Assembly (NCBI GenBank): GCA_944392585.1
Contig: CALXXA010000025.1
Location: 25,701 to 89,700, forward strand
Direction: 5' to 3'
Length of the DNA: 64,000 bases
DNA from: an uncultured Alphaproteobacteria bacterium
Lineage (GTDB): Bacteria > Pseudomonadota > Alphaproteobacteria > CAAHEQ01 > UBA3637
Positions 48,957 through 59,951 of the stretch are shown here, piece by piece. A program made the translations under genes and the position numbers. Every line of letters starts with the position of its first letter. Position 1 is the first letter of the stretch. The notes beneath the pieces were generated by a model. That model made no database searches and was not told the origin of the DNA. It was given only the letters and a program-made list of their open reading frames with translations.

Positions 48957-49007
48957 TTTTGCAGGAAAAATGCTTTCTCGAAAATAGATTCGTCATCCAC
49001 ATAGTAA

Positions 49008-49715
49008 TTATCCGCCACGTTGTTCTCCTTTAATCAAAAATTTTAATACATAATCCGCTAGATATAATCCGAAAACACCTGTAATTGTGATAAGACTCCC
49101 CATTTGTCTATGGTTTCCCCGTCCGTCCATAGCTGTTTCCGTTGAAAAAACACATGGAAAATCCAGTGGAATATTTTTTTTTCTTAACATTTTTCTTAAA
49201 TGAGATGCCATTGGGCAAACTGTCGTTTTTTCCATAAGATCGATATGAACTTGAGTAGGATCTTTTTTCAATGCCGCTCCCATGGAAGAGATAAAAGGGA
49301 TTTTATTTTCTTTAAGATACGTAATCATTTGAGTTTTCGCTGTCAAGCTATCTATCGCATCTACGACCACATCCGGTCGAGGACTAAACGCAATATCACA
49401 AGATTTTTCATCTAGAAAAATATCTTTCACTTGAACTAATGTACTTGGAGATATATCTAAAATTCTTTCTTTAATGACATCAACTTTCTTACGTCCAATC
49501 GTTGAGTGCAACGCAACCAGCTGCCGATTTATGTTACTCAAAGAAACTCTATCAAAATCAATCACGGTGATTTGCCCCACCCCTGTTCTCGCCAAGGCCT
49601 CCGCGACCACAGATCCCACGGCGCCGCATCCGACGACGGTCACCATAGAATGATGCAACCGTTCCATTCTATCATTTCCAATTAACAAGCGCGTTCTACT
49701 AAATTGATCTTCCAT
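49008..49715 (-). CDS. tcdA: ThiF/MoeB-family tRNA threonylcarbamoyladenosine dehydratase (TcdA/CsdL-like).
   Basis: 235 aa with Rossmann motif VVGCGAVGS and a single-domain E1-like protein. Confidence 0.7.
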   Translation of the reverse strand: MEDQFSRTRLLIGNDRMERLHHSMVTVVGCGAVGSVVAEALARTGVGQITVIDFDRVSLSNINRQLVALHSTIGRKKVDVIKERILDISPSTLVQVKDIFLDEKSCDIAFSPRPDVVVDAIDSLTAKTQMITYLKENKIPFISSMGAALKKDPTQVHIDLMEKTTVCPMASHLRKMLRKKNIPLDFPCVFSTETAMDGRGNHRQMGSLITITGVFGLYLADYVLKFLIKGEQRGG

Positions 49716-50484
49716 TCAAAAACTCATTAAAATTTTGTTGAATACATTTTACTAAAAAATCTTTTTCCTCTTTTCTGACGGAGGATATTTTTTGTATCAA
49801 AAGAGGAATCTCCTCGATTGAGGCAGATGCATCACTTTCAACCAGTATTTTATGGATTGGTGTTTTTTGTAAACAACTTTGTACTTTTTCTTTCTGCCGT
49901 TTAAAAAGAACAGATGAATAACTGAAATAAGCGCCCATTTGATCCATTATAGGAATAATATCCGCGTTTCCATAATGAGAGTGAGAAATAAAAATCGTTT
50001 TTTTTCTAAATTTTTCTAAAATATATAAAATTCTATCCCATGCCCTTACACAATGCAAATGAAAAGGTCTTTTATATTGAGAAGCTAATTCCAACTGAAC
50101 CTGCAAAATGTCTTCTTGAGATTTCAAACAAAACATTTTTGGATTCTGCTCAGCTTTTACTTTATCCAAGCCTATTTCTCCAATCATGAAAGAGGGATGC
50201 TTTATTAAAATATTTTCTAATCTTCTTTCCCATCCTTTTTTCAATGTTTCTAGAAACCACGGATGAACTCCAAGAGCAATAGACACACCAGGATATGTTT
50301 GAGAAATTTCTATAACCTTTACCCAATCGTCTTCATGAGTAGCATTACAAATAAATTGGGTAATACCGACATCTTTTGCCTGTTTCATGTACAGAGGCAA
50401 ATTTTCGATTTTTTGTAAATGTGTATGCGCGTCACAATAGAACATAAGAAAAGAATACTTTTTTTCATTGATTTTTTCAAGCAA
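49699..50484 (-). CDS. TatD family metal-dependent hydrolase (DNase).
   Basis: 261 aa with CDAHTHL N-terminal motif and TatD-like length. Confidence 0.8.
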   Translation of the reverse strand: MLEKINEKKYSFLMFYCDAHTHLQKIENLPLYMKQAKDVGITQFICNATHEDDWVKVIEISQTYPGVSIALGVHPWFLETLKKGWERRLENILIKHPSFMIGEIGLDKVKAEQNPKMFCLKSQEDILQVQLELASQYKRPFHLHCVRAWDRILYILEKFRKKTIFISHSHYGNADIIPIMDQMGAYFSYSSVLFKRQKEKVQSCLQKTPIHKILVESDASASIEEIPLLIQKISSVRKEEKDFLVKCIQQNFNEFLNGRSI

Positions 50485-50522
50485 TAAAAATAAACTAAAT
50501 CACGTATGAAATAAGGAGGAAA

Positions 50523-51980
50523 ATGCGTTTTAGACTTGTATTTTTTACATGTGCTATAATCGCCATGTTTTTTGGCATGTTGATGATGTTTCCGGCTTTT
50601 GCTGATTTTTATTATCAGAACAACCAAAGCGGATACACTTTTTTGACGTGTGGTTTTTTTATTTTGCTTACAGGAGCTTCCATAGCTTTTATAACGCGTC
50701 AAGAAATAAACACAAAGTTATCACCGCAAGAAACATTTTTAATAACATCTTCAGCTTGGTTATGTGCTGCTTTAGTCAGCGCAGTTCCTTTATATTTTTC
50801 TCCCGGCTGCATAAGTTTCACAGACGCCTTTTTCGAAGCCATGTCTGGATTAACGACGACAGGAGCCACGACTTACTCGGATTTAGAGATTCTACCGAAA
50901 GGCGTTCTTTTATGGAGAGCTTTGACGCACTGGATAGGAGGGATAGGAATCGTTGTATTAGCTATCTCTATTTTACCTGTTCTACGCATAGGAGGCATGC
51001 AGTTGTTTGCAAATGAGAACTCTGATAAATACGAAAAAGACTCTCCTTTTTTAGCCACAAAGATTAAAGCGATTTTATTTTTATACATTATTTTGTCTTT
51101 TTCGTGTGCCATCGCATTGTATATTGCAGGAATGTCCATATTTGATGCGATAGCCCATATGATGGCTTGTGTATCAACCGGAGGCTTTTCAACTCATAAC
51201 ACTTCTATCGCCTACTTTAACAACAAAGCTATTGATTGGATTCTAATCCTCTTTATGTTATTATCTTCATTACCTTTCATGTTTATGGTCGCCATTTTTA
51301 CCGGGAAATGGGATCGAGTCAAAAATGACACGCAGGTAAAGTCATACCTGGCAATGTTATTACTGTTTATCATCCCTTTATCTTTTATTATTTGGCATTT
51401 AGATTATTTCTCTTCTTATGAAGAATCGCTGAGACAGGTAACATTTTCTGTTATTTCTATTGTAAGCACAACGGGTTTTGTTCTAGATGATTACCAACAA
51501 TGGGGTCCTTTTTTTGTAGCCTTTTTCTTTTTCTTACTTGGAATCGGCGGGTGCACTGGATCAACCTCCGGAGGAATAAAAATGTTTCGATTTAATATTG
51601 TTTTTAAATCTCTCCGCCGCCACTTAAAGATGATGATTATGCCTCATGCCGTCATCATTCCTCAATATAACAATAAGCCCGTGACAGATGAAATTATAAC
51701 GAGTGTGATGGTTTTTCTGTCCGTCTATATATTAACCATCATTTTAGGAACCCTTTTCGTCGCAGCTTCAGGCACAGACTTAATAACCGCCTTATCCGGA
51801 ACATTTTCCGCTATTTCCAATGTTGGACCAGGAATTGGAACGATTATAGGTCCTGATAAAACATTTGCGGAAATACCTTCTCTTGGAAAGTGGACTTTAT
51901 CTATCGTTATGATGCTCGGACGTTTAGAATTCATGACAGTTACCGTTTTACTTTTACCAACATTATGGAAACGAACATAA
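50523..51980 (+). CDS. trkH: TrkH/KtrB family potassium uptake protein.
   Basis: 485 aa polytopic protein with repeated GLTTTGATT / TGGFST selectivity-filter-like motifs. Confidence 0.85.
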   Translation: MRFRLVFFTCAIIAMFFGMLMMFPAFADFYYQNNQSGYTFLTCGFFILLTGASIAFITRQEINTKLSPQETFLITSSAWLCAALVSAVPLYFSPGCISFTDAFFEAMSGLTTTGATTYSDLEILPKGVLLWRALTHWIGGIGIVVLAISILPVLRIGGMQLFANENSDKYEKDSPFLATKIKAILFLYIILSFSCAIALYIAGMSIFDAIAHMMACVSTGGFSTHNTSIAYFNNKAIDWILILFMLLSSLPFMFMVAIFTGKWDRVKNDTQVKSYLAMLLLFIIPLSFIIWHLDYFSSYEESLRQVTFSVISIVSTTGFVLDDYQQWGPFFVAFFFFLLGIGGCTGSTSGGIKMFRFNIVFKSLRRHLKMMIMPHAVIIPQYNNKPVTDEIITSVMVFLSVYILTIILGTLFVAASGTDLITALSGTFSAISNVGPGIGTIIGPDKTFAEIPSLGKWTLSIVMMLGRLEFMTVTVLLLPTLWKRT

Positions 51981-51990
51981 GGAGAATCGT

Positions 51991-52236
51991 ATGTCTTTTT
52001 TAGAAGATGCTCAAAATTACATGAAAAGCAAACCCCGAAAAGAAACCTCTTCTGATACTTTGAACTTATCCGATGAAACAAACATAGAAAATCTTATCAA
52101 AGAATTAAAAATAACTTATGAGAACGCCACACAAAGAGAGATCATTAAAATGATTAATCAAGCAAAAGAACGTTTTGGAGATAATCCAAACCCTAAAGAC
52201 TTTTACATTTTCGCAAGAATAAAATTAGAAGATTAG
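51991..52236 (+). CDS. Hypothetical small protein (81 aa).
   Basis: ORF begins 10 nt after the trkH stop, with a GGAG Shine-Dalgarno. Hydrophilic; I recognise no family. Confidence 0.4.
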   Translation: MSFLEDAQNYMKSKPRKETSSDTLNLSDETNIENLIKELKITYENATQREIIKMINQAKERFGDNPNPKDFYIFARIKLED

Positions 52237-52315
52237 CCTGGTTCTTTACTAAATGTTAAAAAACATGTTATATGTTGATAATAATCACTTACATCTGGTT
52301 TGAAGGGATGCCCAC

Positions 52316-55300
52316 ATGAAAAAACTCATTATTTTCTTTGTTATTTTTATCCTTTTAGGAGGCAGCTTATTATTTTTTCTAAAGAACACTCTTGATGCGC
52401 AAAGTTATAAGACTCAAATAATTCAAGCGACTCAAGAGCTAACCGGACGAAAAATGGAAGTGGAGGGAGCTGTAACCGTTCAATTATTCCCAACTCCAAC
52501 AATTACTTTAAATAATGTTAAGATAAAAAATATACCAGGCTCCTCAACGCCAGACGTGGTTTCGATTAAAAAAATTATTGCAACTGTTAAATGGGGATCT
52601 TTATTTGAAACTCCTTTGACAATAGAAACAATTTCTTTGGATACCCCTTCCTTTTTTATGGAGAGAAATGAAAAAGGACAGGTCAATTGGGATTTCCCTT
52701 TTTTACGAGAGAAGATAATAAAACCAGAGCAAGATAATTTAATCGGAAAATCTATTTTAGAAGTTCCGCCTCAATTTAAGAACTTGTCCATTCAAAACGG
52801 TCGTTTAATTTATACAAATACACTTACTGGATTCACACAAACTTTTGAACAAATAAAAGGAACTTTAACTGCTCCTTCTATTAATGGACCTTTCCAATTT
52901 AATGGTTATTTCTCTTGGCATCAAAAACCAATCCAAATTTCTTTAACCTCTGGATTGTTATTCTCGTCTCAAACAGCGGATATTAAGTTAGTATTAGTTG
53001 ATCCTCAAAGCAAAGCACAAATAAATTTGACGGGAAATTTAAAAAATCTGACGCAAACAAATGATATTACCGGGAATTTTTCAATAAATGTTCCGAAGAT
53101 GGCTCCTTTTTTAAAAACAATTATAAATTATAGTCATTTGCCTGACTCTTTAGAACGCCCTCTTATAGGAACGTCGACTTTTTCTTTTTCCAGTGAAAAA
53201 GCAACTTTTGATGATATTGCTTTTAGATATGGAACCTCTGAACTTGAAAATTCCATATCCGGTTCTGTTTCTTTTGTTTATCCGGAGAAAAAAGGAGAAA
53301 AAACACACACACAAGCCTCTTTGGTTTTAAGCAAAATCAATTTAGATACTTTCTTACCTTTATTACCGAACAAGGAAGATCTTAAGTCACAGTTCCTGGC
53401 TTTTAACAGGAAAACCATGTCTGATATTGATTTAAAAATCAAAGCAAATTCCGTTACATATAAAAAAGATATTCTCAAAGAAACAATCATAGACATTACA
53501 CATAAGGATGAAACAACAAAGATAAATCAATTTAAAACCGTGTTACCAGGGGATACTCAATTAACATTTGCAGGAGAAATTGATATTATAGACAATAATT
53601 CTCAATCGAATTTGAATATTTCTTTAGCGGCTCAAGACATAAAAAAAACAATAGAATGGTTAAATTTGCCGATTATGACAAAGCTATCTTTAGACAATTT
53701 AACGACATTCAAAGGCTCCGGAGAACTTTTTCTGAGAGAAACAGACTTCACCTTATCTAAAATCAATGCGGAAGCAAACGATGGAAGTATCACGGGGTCT
53801 ATAACTCTCTCTCTGACGGAAGAAAAACCAACCGGAATTATTCAAGCTTCATTCAAGAACATTAATTTAGATAATTATATTTCCACAGATCCCAAAAAGG
53901 AAAAACAAACTTTTTCTCAATTATGGGAAGAAGTTCAAGAAGAATTTCAAGATAGTTCTTTTCTATCTGCGGCGAACTTTCAATTTGACGTCACAGGACG
54001 TGATATAACAATAAGAAACATCCCTATTGAAAATTTATCTGCAACAGGTCTTCTCCAAAATGAAGTTTTAAATATTGAAAGTCTCAAAGTAGAAGGCGCT
54101 GCAATGGCAAACTTAACATTTTCCGGCACGATTCAAAAACAAAATAATCAACTCGCCTTTACAAACATTACCTATGACTTCAACACGCCTAAAGCTTCTG
54201 TTTTCTTAGATAGAGCGATGATTATTTCACCTTTATCGGAACAACTCCATAACGTTTCTCTTTCAGGCGTTGCTTCTGGTCAAGCAGATTCTTTTACATT
54301 TAATACCAATATGGATTTTTCTCAAGCTCGAATAAAAGCACACGGACAAATACAACAAAAAAATACGATTCCTAATTATGATGTATTTTTATCAATAGAT
54401 CATCCAAACTTCCATCAATTTATGAAATTATTTAATAAAGACTATACCAAATTCCCTTACATGACCGGCTCTTTAAATTTTCAAGCGCAATTAAAAGGAA
54501 CAGCTCAAACATTTACCCTCACAGAAATGGATGGGATGATAGGAACTCAACGTTTTAAAGGAACGGTAACCGTTACAAATGACATAATAAGAAGAATTCA
54601 AGCAAATGTAACATCTTCCCTCTTTAATTTTGAAAAAATCTACCCGAAGAAAGACATTATTCGTGGGATTGATCCCAATTCCGGGAAAGCTCAATTTTCC
54701 GATGACTTATTTAATTTCGGCAATTTTGAAGGATTAGATTTAGATATTACAGCCTCTTCAGATAAAATGATTTTTGATAAAATCTCTCTGGATCTTATGA
54801 GTACGCACTTCACGTTAAAAGAAAATCTGCTTACATTAGAGTATTTGAAAGGAACTCTCAACGACGGCTCGTTTTCAATGGAAGGGACCTTAAACGCCGG
54901 AACGGCGGAACCGGTTATAGCACTCAGAATTCAAGGAGAAAATATAAATTTAACCCCAGACAACTGGGCCTTAGGACGCTATCGTCTTAAAGGCGGGAAA
55001 AGTACTTTTCTGATGAATTTAAATACACGTGGAAATTCATTAAAAGATATGGTTCATTCTTTATCTGCGAATGGGAAGTACACTATAACTGATGGTTTGA
55101 TTTCAGGATTAAACTTAAATAATATTGAGAATCAAACAAAACTGATTTTAGAAAAAGGACAAGAAGCAGACACATTTGAGGATAACCTAACGACATACCT
55201 ATCAATGGGAGAAACACATTTTTCTTCACTTAGCGGAAGCTATACTATATCGAATGGTATTTTACGTACTTCAGACAGTATCTTCCAATCTCCGCAAAGT

Positions 55301-56161
55301 AATGCGCTTATTCAAGCGACTATTAATTTTCCGGAATGGACTGTTTCATCCTCGATAGCTCTTTCTATGAAGGGATTTACCAGTTTCCCTCCTATTCCTA
55401 TAATAATTACAGGACTTATTCATTCTCCGGAAGTTGAACCGAACACATCAAATTATGTTCTTTATTTAACTTCTGCTTCAGCTCAAATCAGAGACATAGC
55501 TTTACGGCAGAAATTAGAACGTGAACGTAAGCAAGCCACCATGGAGGCTCAAGAACGCAAACAAGAAGCAACTAAAATCGCTTCTTCCTCTCATGCCAAA
55601 ATAGATGAGACACAAAAAATTATTCAAATAGCCCCAACCCCTCAAGGAGAAAAGGAATTTATTAGAGCTCAAGATGCGCTGACTCTTATCAATGAACTTT
55701 CTATAAAAGAAACAATTTCCAAAGCAGATTTAAAGAAAATTGAAGAACAATACACTCTATTGCTTCAAAGAACTGACTTAGCGCAAAAAGCCTCTTTAGA
55801 TATTGCTCTGGCCAAAATGCGCCAACAGTCTCAAACCATCATGACTTCCGCTCAAACGACAATAAATGCCATCACTCGTATTTATCAACAATTAGAGGGT
55901 GTTGAATCAGTTGATACAGCTTATAAAAAAGGGCAAGAAATGTTCTCTATCATTGAGAAATTAAATACATTTATTTATCAATCTCAAGATCCAACCAAGA
56001 GTTCAGAAGCCTTATCTCATATGCAGCAAGCTCTGCAAATGCTTGAAAATAATTATAATGCCATTGCGAAGTTTGATGTAGAGGGAGGCTCTTTATCCAA
56101 TCAAGATAATAATAAAGCGACTCCCGTACAAGGGAAAATTATAAGAAATTCCGCACTATGA
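52316..56161 (+). CDS. AsmA family (AsmA/TamB-like) large envelope protein with N-terminal TM anchor.
   Basis: 1281 aa. N-terminal TM MKKLIIFFVIFILLGGSLLFFL followed by a long beta-rich sequence typical of AsmA-like proteins. Confidence 0.75.
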   Translation: MKKLIIFFVIFILLGGSLLFFLKNTLDAQSYKTQIIQATQELTGRKMEVEGAVTVQLFPTPTITLNNVKIKNIPGSSTPDVVSIKKIIATVKWGSLFETPLTIETISLDTPSFFMERNEKGQVNWDFPFLREKIIKPEQDNLIGKSILEVPPQFKNLSIQNGRLIYTNTLTGFTQTFEQIKGTLTAPSINGPFQFNGYFSWHQKPIQISLTSGLLFSSQTADIKLVLVDPQSKAQINLTGNLKNLTQTNDITGNFSINVPKMAPFLKTIINYSHLPDSLERPLIGTSTFSFSSEKATFDDIAFRYGTSELENSISGSVSFVYPEKKGEKTHTQASLVLSKINLDTFLPLLPNKEDLKSQFLAFNRKTMSDIDLKIKANSVTYKKDILKETIIDITHKDETTKINQFKTVLPGDTQLTFAGEIDIIDNNSQSNLNISLAAQDIKKTIEWLNLPIMTKLSLDNLTTFKGSGELFLRETDFTLSKINAEANDGSITGSITLSLTEEKPTGIIQASFKNINLDNYISTDPKKEKQTFSQLWEEVQEEFQDSSFLSAANFQFDVTGRDITIRNIPIENLSATGLLQNEVLNIESLKVEGAAMANLTFSGTIQKQNNQLAFTNITYDFNTPKASVFLDRAMIISPLSEQLHNVSLSGVASGQADSFTFNTNMDFSQARIKAHGQIQQKNTIPNYDVFLSIDHPNFHQFMKLFNKDYTKFPYMTGSLNFQAQLKGTAQTFTLTEMDGMIGTQRFKGTVTVTNDIIRRIQANVTSSLFNFEKIYPKKDIIRGIDPNSGKAQFSDDLFNFGNFEGLDLDITASSDKMIFDKISLDLMSTHFTLKENLLTLEYLKGTLNDGSFSMEGTLNAGTAEPVIALRIQGENINLTPDNWALGRYRLKGGKSTFLMNLNTRGNSLKDMVHSLSANGKYTITDGLISGLNLNNIENQTKLILEKGQEADTFEDNLTTYLSMGETHFSSLSGSYTISNGILRTSDSIFQSPQSNALIQATINFPEWTVSSSIALSMKGFTSFPPIPIIITGLIHSPEVEPNTSNYVLYLTSASAQIRDIALRQKLERERKQATMEAQERKQEATKIASSSHAKIDETQKIIQIAPTPQGEKEFIRAQDALTLINELSIKETISKADLKKIEEQYTLLLQRTDLAQKASLDIALAKMRQQSQTIMTSAQTTINAITRIYQQLEGVESVDTAYKKGQEMFSIIEKLNTFIYQSQDPTKSSEALSHMQQALQMLENNYNAIAKFDVEGGSLSNQDNNKATPVQGKIIRNSAL

Positions 56162-56222
56162 GAAATTTTAAAATAAAAATGAAATAAGCGATTTTAAGTA
56201 TCTTACTTCGCAAGTAAATCGA

Positions 56223-56891
56223 TTATTTTTTCTTTTTTATCGATTGGCGCCATTTAATCAAGAAGAAAGACATCCACCTAGGAGCATGCGGAGCCGATAA
56301 AAAGCGGACAGAAACTCTTTTTATTCCCATATTTAAACATAATGCCATGCGATAATGCCCTTGATACAAAGTATCTTGAACGCCCCATATACAACATAAA
56401 ACTATTTCCATAGGGAATAAATCATTAAACCCGTTTTTTTGTAAAGAATCTTTCAGAGCATAGAATTGCTGTTTTCTTTTTAAAGAAGAGCTTTCTAAGA
56501 AAATTTCTATATTTTCGAGATCTTGTATTGTAGATTCCAATTTTTTTTTACGAATCTCAATAGGATCAATATGATAAACATGAGATCCATAGGAATAAAA
56601 GTACTTACGAAAATTCTTTAAGAAAAGTGAAAAAAAATCTCCCCATGCCGAGTTTCTATAAAAAGCTATTCGGACAGGAATATAATCAGTTTTATTTTCA
56701 ATAGCCTGTAATATAATCGCTCTTCCTTGCAAAATAGAATCTTCTATTTTCTTTTTTTGATTGCCTAATAAAATAATAATCTGCCCATCCGGAAGAGAGG
56801 TTTTAGCATGAAAGGAAGAATCCTTTAACACATTGATGTCATTTGGATCTAAATGATAGATTTCAGAAGAAAGAAAAATATTTCTTTTCAT
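56223..56891 (-). CDS. Hypothetical protein (222 aa) at the edge of the LPS glycosyltransferase cluster.
   Basis: Basic C-terminus. I recognise no family. Confidence 0.4.
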   Translation of the reverse strand: MKRNIFLSSEIYHLDPNDINVLKDSSFHAKTSLPDGQIIILLGNQKKKIEDSILQGRAIILQAIENKTDYIPVRIAFYRNSAWGDFFSLFLKNFRKYFYSYGSHVYHIDPIEIRKKKLESTIQDLENIEIFLESSSLKRKQQFYALKDSLQKNGFNDLFPMEIVLCCIWGVQDTLYQGHYRMALCLNMGIKRVSVRFLSAPHAPRWMSFFLIKWRQSIKKKK

Positions 56892-57033
56892 AAAAGAATC
56901 CTTATAAATACCTTTTTCACTATATATAAAAAGATGTTTAATTTAAAGATAAAAAAACATCTATCTTGACTCTCCCTGGGAATTTTTTTTAGTATACAAT
57001 TGTATTAAGAATAATAACGATAAGAAGAAATAA

Positions 57034-58071
57034 ATGAAGATATTAAATGCAATGCTCTCCTCTGGTAAAGGAGGAATGGAACAAATGTCCATTACATATA
57101 TTAAGGCTCTAAAACAAATCGGCCATGAAGTCCATGCTCTTTATATAAAGAATACTCCTTACTTAACCGAATTGCGTAATCTTGATATTAATATCCACTT
57201 AATAAAACACCGTTCTATACTTAATCCATTCAATGCAGTTAAAATAAATCATATTGTTCATCAGATTCATCCAGATATTATTTTCTTGCACGGGAATCGA
57301 ATCATGAAATTTATGAATTACCCTATGATAAAATATTTTTTTAAACATTCTGCTCTTTTAATAGGAAAAGCGCATAATTTTACCTGTAAGCATCTTGCTA
57401 ATATGGATTATGCCATAGCTACGACAAGATATTGGAAAAATCAACAATCCTTTATAACGGGGAAAGAAGTTTTCTATCTTCCGAATACAGTTCCTTTAAC
57501 ACCGAAAAGAGAAGTTGTTTTTCACAAAATTCCGGTCATAAGAACAATGAGTCGCTTACATAAGAATAAATCTTATGACATATTTTTAAAAGCATTAAAG
57601 GTACTCAAGGATCGCCATATAACATTTAAAGCTATTATCGGAGGAGAAGGACCAGAGAAAGAGACTTTATTAAAATTACGCCATGAATTAGAACTAGAGA
57701 AAGATGTTTCTTTTATTGGTTGGGTAACAGATAAAGAATCTTTTTATGAAATGATTGATATTTTTTGTTTACCCTCTTGCACAGAACCTTTTGGAACTGT
57801 CTTGTTAGAGGCGATGGTTCGTTCTTGCCCTGTTGTCTCCACAGAATGCATAGGGCCGAAAGAAATAATAGAATCGAATACTTCCGGCATAACATGTCCT
57901 GTAGGAGATGTCCGAAAATTAGCAGATTCTCTGGAAAGGATGATACGAAATCCAGCAGAAGCTCTTAGAATGGGCCAAAACGGCAGAGAAGTTATTGAAA
58001 AGAACTATAATTTCCAATCATTTTGCTCATCATTAGACAAACTTATTCAACGAGTTATCTTGAAAAGTTAA
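57034..58071 (+). CDS. Glycosyltransferase family 4 (group 1).
   Basis: 345 aa with the GT4 C-terminal region (...EPFGTVLLEAMVRSCPVVSTECIGPKEII...). Confidence 0.75.
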   Translation: MKILNAMLSSGKGGMEQMSITYIKALKQIGHEVHALYIKNTPYLTELRNLDINIHLIKHRSILNPFNAVKINHIVHQIHPDIIFLHGNRIMKFMNYPMIKYFFKHSALLIGKAHNFTCKHLANMDYAIATTRYWKNQQSFITGKEVFYLPNTVPLTPKREVVFHKIPVIRTMSRLHKNKSYDIFLKALKVLKDRHITFKAIIGGEGPEKETLLKLRHELELEKDVSFIGWVTDKESFYEMIDIFCLPSCTEPFGTVLLEAMVRSCPVVSTECIGPKEIIESNTSGITCPVGDVRKLADSLERMIRNPAEALRMGQNGREVIEKNYNFQSFCSSLDKLIQRVILKS

Positions 58072-58818
58072 TCCTTGTTTTGCCTCGAAATACTTTGCAA
58101 TTTTTAGAAACCGGAAGTATGCAAGAGTTGTTGCCATAATTATTCCCCACGTTCCATTAAAAATATGTCTTCGGATTATATAATAAATAAAAAATTGTCT
58201 CGGAAATTCGGTATATAATCTTAATTTGGAATACTTTTTCCCTTGGACTAAAGCTGTTTTAACAAGTTCATCTGTATACAAGTTATATTTTACCCAAGTT
58301 TGATACAAAGACAAATAAGAATAGTGCAAAACCATTCCTTTTAGCTGCCCTACGGGAAGATTTTTTGGGACAGAAACTCTGTCATGAGTTAAATCATCCG
58401 GCATAGTAGAAAAACGCCTATCATAAAGGCGGACTAAATTATATTTTTTAGAGAATTTTCTAGGTTTATCAAGACCTGGGAACATATCGCCGATACGAAT
58501 TTTATAGGCTTTAAAGGTCGGATTTTTCTTAATTTTTAAAATTTCCTTAACTAAATCAGAGGATAAGACTTCATCAGCATCCAAAGAAAGAACCCATTCA
58601 AAAGAACACTGATTTTGAGCAAATTGTTTTTGTGATGAAATATTCTTCCACGGATGAGAGAAAACTTTAGCTCCCATTTCCCTTGCCAATTCGATAGTTC
58701 CGTCTGTACTTCCGCTATCGACGACGACAATTTCATCAGCGACCTGAGAAGCCGCTTTGATTGTTCTTGGCAATCGAGCGGCCTCATTTAAAGTTACAAT
58801 ATAAACAGATAATTTCAT
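58033..58818 (-). CDS. Glycosyltransferase family 2.
   Basis: 261 aa with N-terminal LSVYIVTLNEA...VVVDSGSTDGT...LSLDADE (DXD) GT2 motifs. Confidence 0.8.
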   Translation of the reverse strand: MKLSVYIVTLNEAARLPRTIKAASQVADEIVVVDSGSTDGTIELAREMGAKVFSHPWKNISSQKQFAQNQCSFEWVLSLDADEVLSSDLVKEILKIKKNPTFKAYKIRIGDMFPGLDKPRKFSKKYNLVRLYDRRFSTMPDDLTHDRVSVPKNLPVGQLKGMVLHYSYLSLYQTWVKYNLYTDELVKTALVQGKKYSKLRLYTEFPRQFFIYYIIRRHIFNGTWGIIMATTLAYFRFLKIAKYFEAKQGLTFQDNSLNKFV

Positions 58819-59871
58819 TTACACCACCGTCGGGAAAGAATACTTTTTAGCATCAAAAGTAAAGAATAATAAATCCGTCATATAACGAGCGATAACTTTT
58901 TCATTAAACTCTTTACGATATTTTAAACACCCATTTTTAGCGATTTTCTGACGTTCTTGAGGATGATTTGCATAATATTCTATTTTAACGCATAAATCAT
59001 CTGGATTATCATAGAAAACCATTTCATCGGAAGAAAATAACGTTTGGAATCCTGCACGTTTATCCATAAAACATAACAAGCCATTTCCCATGATATGAGC
59101 GATTCTATCCGATGAATACAAAAATACATCATTTCTTCTAGAGATATTCAGTCCCATACCGGAAGAGGCGAAAGATTTTTGATATGCCGCACCGTTTAAC
59201 CTGGAATAAGAATCTATTCCGGCGAAGAAGAATTTAACTTGAGGAACTTTCTTTTGGATGAAAGAAACAATCTCTTGAGGAGAAACATTTTTATTTCCGA
59301 ATTGGCGAGAAGTATTTCCAGCGCAATAGCAAATATCATTAGGAGGATTTTTCACTTCAAACATATTAAGCGTTTCAATAGACGTATCCGTCGGATTTGG
59401 TAAAAATCCGACAATATTTCCTGGTCTTTTAAATTGTTTTAACAAAGCAACATCTCCTGTTGTAACAAGAGTAATATCAACGACATCCAACTTAGAAGAG
59501 ATTCGCTCTATATTTCCTATTTCACATTCAGGCAAAATCCAATCTACATTATATTGTAAGATTCTAATCTTCGGCAACAACATACGAATTTGAGCTAAAG
59601 TTTTAGGATAAATCGTATCTGCGTGACCTAAAATAATCGCATCTGGTAATACGCAGAGACAATAATTTATTAAATGGTTATTCAGCCGCCGCAGCCCCAT
59701 TTTTTTGTATCCTGCGAAACTAAAATAACGTAAAAAATCTCTATCATTATAGTTTAAGACATTATATCCGTTTCGGATCAACCCGTTTGAGAGTTTAGGA
59801 GCAATTTGGTTCATAAAGCAACGTTTTAATCTTAATTGATTAAATTGCCCAATATGTAGGATTGTCTTCAT
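58819..59871 (-). CDS. Glycosyltransferase, GT4-like C-terminal domain (350 aa).
   Basis: C-terminal region (...YSSDRIAHIMGNGLLCFMDK...MVFYDNPDDLCVKIEYYANHPQERQKIAKNG...) resembles the group-1 GT C-domain. Confidence 0.5.
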   Translation of the reverse strand: MKTILHIGQFNQLRLKRCFMNQIAPKLSNGLIRNGYNVLNYNDRDFLRYFSFAGYKKMGLRRLNNHLINYCLCVLPDAIILGHADTIYPKTLAQIRMLLPKIRILQYNVDWILPECEIGNIERISSKLDVVDITLVTTGDVALLKQFKRPGNIVGFLPNPTDTSIETLNMFEVKNPPNDICYCAGNTSRQFGNKNVSPQEIVSFIQKKVPQVKFFFAGIDSYSRLNGAAYQKSFASSGMGLNISRRNDVFLYSSDRIAHIMGNGLLCFMDKRAGFQTLFSSDEMVFYDNPDDLCVKIEYYANHPQERQKIAKNGCLKYRKEFNEKVIARYMTDLLFFTFDAKKYSFPTVV

Positions 59872-59951
59872 AGATTCAGGGGTTCCTTATATTTGTGAGT
59901 ATAAAAAGTTGTTTTATAGGATAAATAAAAATGAAATTAAATGCAAGATTT

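Noticed and set aside
50385-52081. Several ORFs on both strands overlapping trkH and the tatD start (50385..50702, 50648..51016, 50873..51139, 51725..52081)
   Set aside because: All overlap the well-supported trkH CDS or the tatD/trkH intergenic region. None has motifs or translational signals.
57713-57968. Short ORFs inside the GT4 gene 57034..58071, and 58551..58787 inside the GT2 gene
   Set aside because: They are nested within genes that have clear glycosyltransferase motifs.
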